A DNA stretch of 64,000 bases from Promethearchaeota archaeon (GTDB taxonomy: Archaea > Asgardarchaeota > Lokiarchaeia > Sigyniarchaeales > SOKP01), in contig JBHLOY010000002.1 in assembly GCA_048939995.1 (NCBI GenBank), positions 448,001-512,000 on the forward strand, written 5' to 3'. Made by a program: the position numbers and the translations under genes. A model generated the notes under the pieces. That model made no database searches, had not been told where the DNA came from, and worked only from the letters and a program-made list of their open reading frames with translations. This document shows positions 59,927 to 64,000 of the stretch, in pieces; position 1 is the stretch's first letter; each line of letters opens with the position of its first letter.

Positions 59927-60850
59927 TTATAACAATTTCCTTTTAATTTGCTTTGCTCTACTTCTTAGGGTCACTTCGGTGATTTTAGCAACATCTGCTA
60001 CAATAGACTGAGTTTTGCGGAGTCCACGATCCTTAGCGGAAATATATATGCAAGCAGCTGCTAATCCTTTTGGATCTTTTCCAGTACGTTTCAATCCATT
60101 TTCAGAAGCTTTTCTAAGCATATCAATTGCACATTTCTGAACTGCCATGGGCAAATCAAGCTCGTTTCCAAAACGGAAAACCAAACTTTCAGCTGTAATA
60201 GGCTGATAACGTAACCCTAATTCAGGTAATACTTCTCGTATGATCATAGCCAAGCTTCTGTGAACTGTTCGTCTTGGAGTTAGCGATGCCTCACAAACCT
60301 CATCTAATAAACGAGGAAAATCATGAACTCTTATAGCCGCATATAGGGATCCTGCTATAAAACCATTGATTGAACGGCCCATCGTTAACTTTTTCTTTGC
60401 TACTATACTATAAACTTTCCAAGCAGTTTCACTTATATATTCTGGAATATTTAATTTTGAAGTGAGCATTTTTAATTTGGGCTTTGCTTCCCAAAAGTTT
60501 CTCTCAATACTTGAAATTAAAGAATTTTGAATTTTTGATAATCTTGAGAATAAAGCTTGTTCTTTTGGTCCTATTGATTTTCCTTTTGAATCTGTTTTGG
60601 TTGAGGGTAACATTGTCCTCGGGCCAAAATCCCTCCACCTTGGTTCAGTTCTACGTCTTGTTTGAACTTCTTCGGCTGTATACGCCCTTCGTTCGTTTCC
60701 TACATATGTCCTTTCAATAATAATCCCACAATTCAAACAAACCTTATTTCCGTCTCGCTCTTCTATATTTGGGTCTTCACAGCAATCACGAATTTGTAAA
60801 TCATCATCTAAATTCTTATTCTTCAGAAGATCACGGTAAATATTATTCAT
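59927..60850 (-). CDS. tfb: Transcription initiation factor IIB (TFB)
   Basis: Zn ribbon VCLNCG, GRSI, PRLLDEV, GKDPKGLAAACIY, TQ..VA..TEVTLRSR. Confidence 0.93.
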   Translation of the reverse strand: MNNIYRDLLKNKNLDDDLQIRDCCEDPNIEERDGNKVCLNCGIIIERTYVGNERRAYTAEEVQTRRRTEPRWRDFGPRTMLPSTKTDSKGKSIGPKEQALFSRLSKIQNSLISSIERNFWEAKPKLKMLTSKLNIPEYISETAWKVYSIVAKKKLTMGRSINGFIAGSLYAAIRVHDFPRLLDEVCEASLTPRRTVHRSLAMIIREVLPELGLRYQPITAESLVFRFGNELDLPMAVQKCAIDMLRKASENGLKRTGKDPKGLAAACIYISAKDRGLRKTQSIVADVAKITEVTLRSRAKQIKRKLL

Positions 60851-61118
60851 AATAACTCACTGTAAACGATATGTTGAGAATATTTCTCTATATAAAAAAA
60901 TAAAGTTCAGAAAACTAGTCTTTATTATTGCTTTGATATTAACATATTATCCTAGTTGCATTTATAAACCTTTGCTCTGAAAAGTGAAAATATTGAAAAT
61001 TTTATCCCATAATATTCCCATTTCATTGAAATTTTTCATTTTCTTTTTTAAAAGGAATAAAAATTTATTTAATTAAAAATCTAATAAATCTAAAAATGAA
61101 ATTTGAGAGGTTCGTGCA

Positions 61119-61634
61119 ATGGATTTTTATGACGTGGTAAAAACAAGAAGAAGTCATCGAATTTTCAAATCCGGGATGATCCCTTCTAAAGAAAAGATTG
61201 AGAGAATATTAAATGCAGCTCGATTAGCTCCCACATGGGCTAATAAACAAGGAATGCATTATATTGTTGTTCAACAACCTGAAAAATTAAAAGCAGTCTG
61301 GAATGCTATTGGACAAGAAAAAAAATTCGTAAATGCGCCCATATTTATAGTTGGAGCGATTTCAGAAGCGGGATCTGGAGCGAATAAAAACGAGAACTAT
61401 TACCCTGTTGACTTTGGAATATGTTTTGAGCATTTAATTCTAGCAGCGACAGCTGAAGGGTTGGGGACATGTTGGATTGGTTGGTTTGATGAAAAAGAGG
61501 TTAAAGAAGTATTGGAGATTCCTAAAAGATATCGTGTTTTAGCTATAACTCCTCTTGGTTATCCAATTAAAGAAAAAGGTGAAGTTAGAGACAGAAAACC
61601 TTTAGAAGAAATTGTTCATTATGATAAATACTAA
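61119..61634 (+). CDS. Nitroreductase family protein
   Basis: RRSHR, APTWANKQ, GLGTCWIG. Confidence 0.9.
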   Translation: MDFYDVVKTRRSHRIFKSGMIPSKEKIERILNAARLAPTWANKQGMHYIVVQQPEKLKAVWNAIGQEKKFVNAPIFIVGAISEAGSGANKNENYYPVDFGICFEHLILAATAEGLGTCWIGWFDEKEVKEVLEIPKRYRVLAITPLGYPIKEKGEVRDRKPLEEIVHYDKY

Positions 61635-61699
61635 AATTTTTTCTTTTTTTCTAGTTTTCAAGAGGTAAAAGTAAAATAATTTTGAATTCTATCCTATTT

Positions 61700-63430
61700 A
61701 TGAAATTAGTTAGGATTAATTTAGAGTCCGATCAAGTAAATTATGAAGAAATTTCGAAAGATTCAAAATATTTCTTACTAGGAGGGAGGGGACTAACTTC
61801 CCAAATAGTAAATGAGGAGGTTCCTGCCAGAAGTGACCCTTTAGGTTCAAAAAATAAGCTTATTATCGCTAATGGTCTTCTTGCAGGGAGTCCATTTCCA
61901 AACTCTGCTCGTACATCTATAGGGGCCAAAAGTCCTCTCACTAATGGCATAAAGGAGGCTAATGTGGGAGGAAGACCCGCAATGATGTTAGCTAGATATG
62001 GAATTAGAGCAATTGTTTTGGAAGCTCAATCATTAAATCTAAAAATTATTTTAATCCATAATGAAAAGATTGAATTAATCAATGCAGACAGTTATAAAGG
62101 ATTAGGAAACTATAAACTCCATGAAAAGCTAAAGGAGAAATATGGTCATAATATTGGAATTTATTCCATAGGACCAGCAGGCGAATTCTTAATGAGAGCA
62201 GCCAGTATTGCTGCAAATGATTTAGAAGGATATCCAAGTAGGCATGCTGCTCGTGGAGGATTAGGTGCTGTGATGGGTTCTAAAAGAATCAAAGCAATCG
62301 TGATAGTTCCCCCAAAAGATTCAAAAATTAGAATCAATGATATAAAAGCTTTTAGGGCAGTTTCAAAACCCTTTGCTCAAATGTTAGCAAATACTAAACA
62401 AGTATTTTCCACTTTCGGAACTCCTTTGATGATGAGACCTATGAGTGAATATGGTGGCATACCCACTAAAAATTTTCATTTAGGTTCTTTTGATAAAATT
62501 TCAAACATCACTGGAGAAAAACTCCATGAAATTGTTACCGAGAGAGGTGGAAAGAAGAGGCTCTCTTGTATTCCTACTTGTGTAATCAAATGTTCAAATT
62601 TAGTAGTCGATAAAGATGGAAACCATATCACTTCTAGCCTTGAGTACGAAACAATGGCTTTAAACGGCCCAAATCTCCTCATTGATGATATAGATAGCTT
62701 GGCAAAAATTGATAATTTATGCGATGATGTAGGAGTTGATACAATTGAACTTGGTGGAACCATAGGAGTAGCTATGGATTGCGGAGAAATTGGTTGGGGG
62801 GATAGTAAAAAAGTTTTTGAAATTTTAGATAAAGAAATTCGTAATAATACTGAAAAAGGAAAAATTTTTGGAAGTGGTGTTAAAGCTATCGGGGAAAGTT
62901 TAAACGCTAAAAGAGTTCCCGAAGTGAAGGGGCAGGGCATCTCTGCCTATGATTGTCGTGTATTTAAGGCAATGGGGGTAACTTATGCAACCTCACCACA
63001 AGGTGCAGATCATACGGCTGGAGCAGCAATAGCAGGAAGAGTTGCAAGTCAACATAAAAATTATGGAGAATTAATCGAAAATGGTAAAAAGCTTGATCTA
63101 TCTTTTGAATTACAGGTATATACCGCTATATTAGATTCAGTTGGGTGTTGCTATTTTATCGGACCTAGCTATGAGAATATGGAAATTATTGCTAATGCAA
63201 TTAACGCAATGTATGGATTAAGTTTTACCCGAAATGATGTGATTAAGATTGGAATAAATATTTTAAGAACTGAACTTGAATTTAATGAGAAAGTAGGAAT
63301 TACCCAGGAAATGAATGATGTTCCTAATTTTTTCAAAGAAGAGGCATCGGAGCCAAAAGGATTAAAATTTACTTTTAATAAACATAATTTAAGTAATTTT
63401 TGGAAAAGGTTAGATAATTATAATTTCTAA
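61700..63430 (+). CDS. aor: Aldehyde ferredoxin oxidoreductase family (W-pterin) protein
   Basis: GGRGL, KSPLT, IGPAGE, RGGLGAVMGSK, CIPTCVIKC, EYET, DDVGVDTI, GADH. Confidence 0.9.
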   Translation: MKLVRINLESDQVNYEEISKDSKYFLLGGRGLTSQIVNEEVPARSDPLGSKNKLIIANGLLAGSPFPNSARTSIGAKSPLTNGIKEANVGGRPAMMLARYGIRAIVLEAQSLNLKIILIHNEKIELINADSYKGLGNYKLHEKLKEKYGHNIGIYSIGPAGEFLMRAASIAANDLEGYPSRHAARGGLGAVMGSKRIKAIVIVPPKDSKIRINDIKAFRAVSKPFAQMLANTKQVFSTFGTPLMMRPMSEYGGIPTKNFHLGSFDKISNITGEKLHEIVTERGGKKRLSCIPTCVIKCSNLVVDKDGNHITSSLEYETMALNGPNLLIDDIDSLAKIDNLCDDVGVDTIELGGTIGVAMDCGEIGWGDSKKVFEILDKEIRNNTEKGKIFGSGVKAIGESLNAKRVPEVKGQGISAYDCRVFKAMGVTYATSPQGADHTAGAAIAGRVASQHKNYGELIENGKKLDLSFELQVYTAILDSVGCCYFIGPSYENMEIIANAINAMYGLSFTRNDVIKIGINILRTELEFNEKVGITQEMNDVPNFFKEEASEPKGLKFTFNKHNLSNFWKRLDNYNF

Positions 63431-63432
63431 AA

Positions 63433-64000
63433 TTATTTCATCTCTTTTCGAAGCATTCCATAGAAGTAAAGATTAGAATTAGGAACCTTTTTTTTTTTTA
63501 TAAGTTTAAATCCAAAATGCTCATAAATTTGAATATTTCTTTCATTTTCAGTATGTAAAAAACAAGGTAAGTTTTGATTATCAATTTCTGCAAGTTTTGT
63601 TTTTAATAATTTGCTAGCATAGCCCATTCCTTGATGTATAGGATCAACTCCAATAATGCTTAAATACCAATGGGGAAAATTTACATATTCATTTTGAACT
63701 GAATTAGCAATTTCTTCAACAATACTCATCATTTTTAGAAGTAAAGGATCTGAAATATCCTCTTTTCTCACTCTTCGCATTCTTCTGATAATATCCTTAG
63801 AGGGTTTACTTATTATATGATCTTTTATTCCATGAGGATGCCACACCCCAACACCTTCAATATTATCTGAAGTAATATGTACTTCACCAGATACAATTCC
63901 AATTAAAATCATAAACTCACAGTGAAGAGCATTCTTAATCTTTCTAGTATCAGAATCTGGAAAACAATGCAAAAATAAAGGATCATTTTGAAAAGCACGA
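63433..64000 (-). CDS. GNAT acetyltransferase (5' end beyond window)
   Basis: WYLSIIGVDPIHQGMGYAS, YEHFGF; frame stays open to window end (RAFQNDPLFLHCFP). Confidence 0.85.
   Translation of the reverse strand, partial: RAFQNDPLFLHCFPDSDTRKIKNALHCEFMILIGIVSGEVHITSDNIEGVGVWHPHGIKDHIISKPSKDIIRRMRRVRKEDISDPLLLKMMSIVEEIANSVQNEYVNFPHWYLSIIGVDPIHQGMGYASKLLKTKLAEIDNQNLPCFLHTENERNIQIYEHFGFKLIKKKKVPNSNLYFYGMLRKEMK

Noticed and set aside
391-62940. Many short ORFs overlapping larger genes on the opposite strand or in another frame (e.g. 391-645, 51359-51817, 62476-62940)
   Set aside because: All are nested in well-supported CDSs and lack recognisable motifs; shadow ORFs
1-64000. CRISPR arrays, tRNA/rRNA genes, transposases, integrases
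   Set aside because: No regularly spaced repeats, GC-rich structural RNA stretch or transposase/integrase motifs seen by eye; short tRNAs cannot be fully excluded without tRNAscan

Overview
AT-rich, gene-dense archaeal chromosomal segment, almost certainly from an Asgard archaeon of the Lokiarchaeia type. Archaeal markers are ribosomal L13e, TFB, UPF0147, an archaeosortase and AOR. Eukaryote-signature genes are five small GTPases fused to uDENN/longin-like and/or roadblock domains, plus stand-alone longin and roadblock proteins. About 57 CDSs; no rRNA, tRNA, CRISPR array or intact mobile element was recognised. Most striking observations: (1) A co-directional cluster at 49.5-58.1 kb holds two P2-type-looking P-type ATPases whose TM4 PEGLP ion-binding motif is replaced by PINIP/PINLP, resembling the PISL motif of eukaryotic P4 lipid flippases. 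They flank a VTT/DedA (VMP1/TMEM41-like scramblase family) protein and a CorA-like 2-TM protein fused to a NUDIX hydrolase, making this a candidate archaeal lipid-translocation system. (2) A GTPase-rich region (0.4-25.6 kb) in which the same uDENN-like domain is fused to both Arf/Rag-like and Rab-like GTPases. (3) A long, uninterrupted but apparently catalytically dead class III RNR (NrdD) paralog that keeps its ATP cone. (4) A 7TM-TIR receptor-like protein. All family calls come from motif recognition by eye; no database searches were run.
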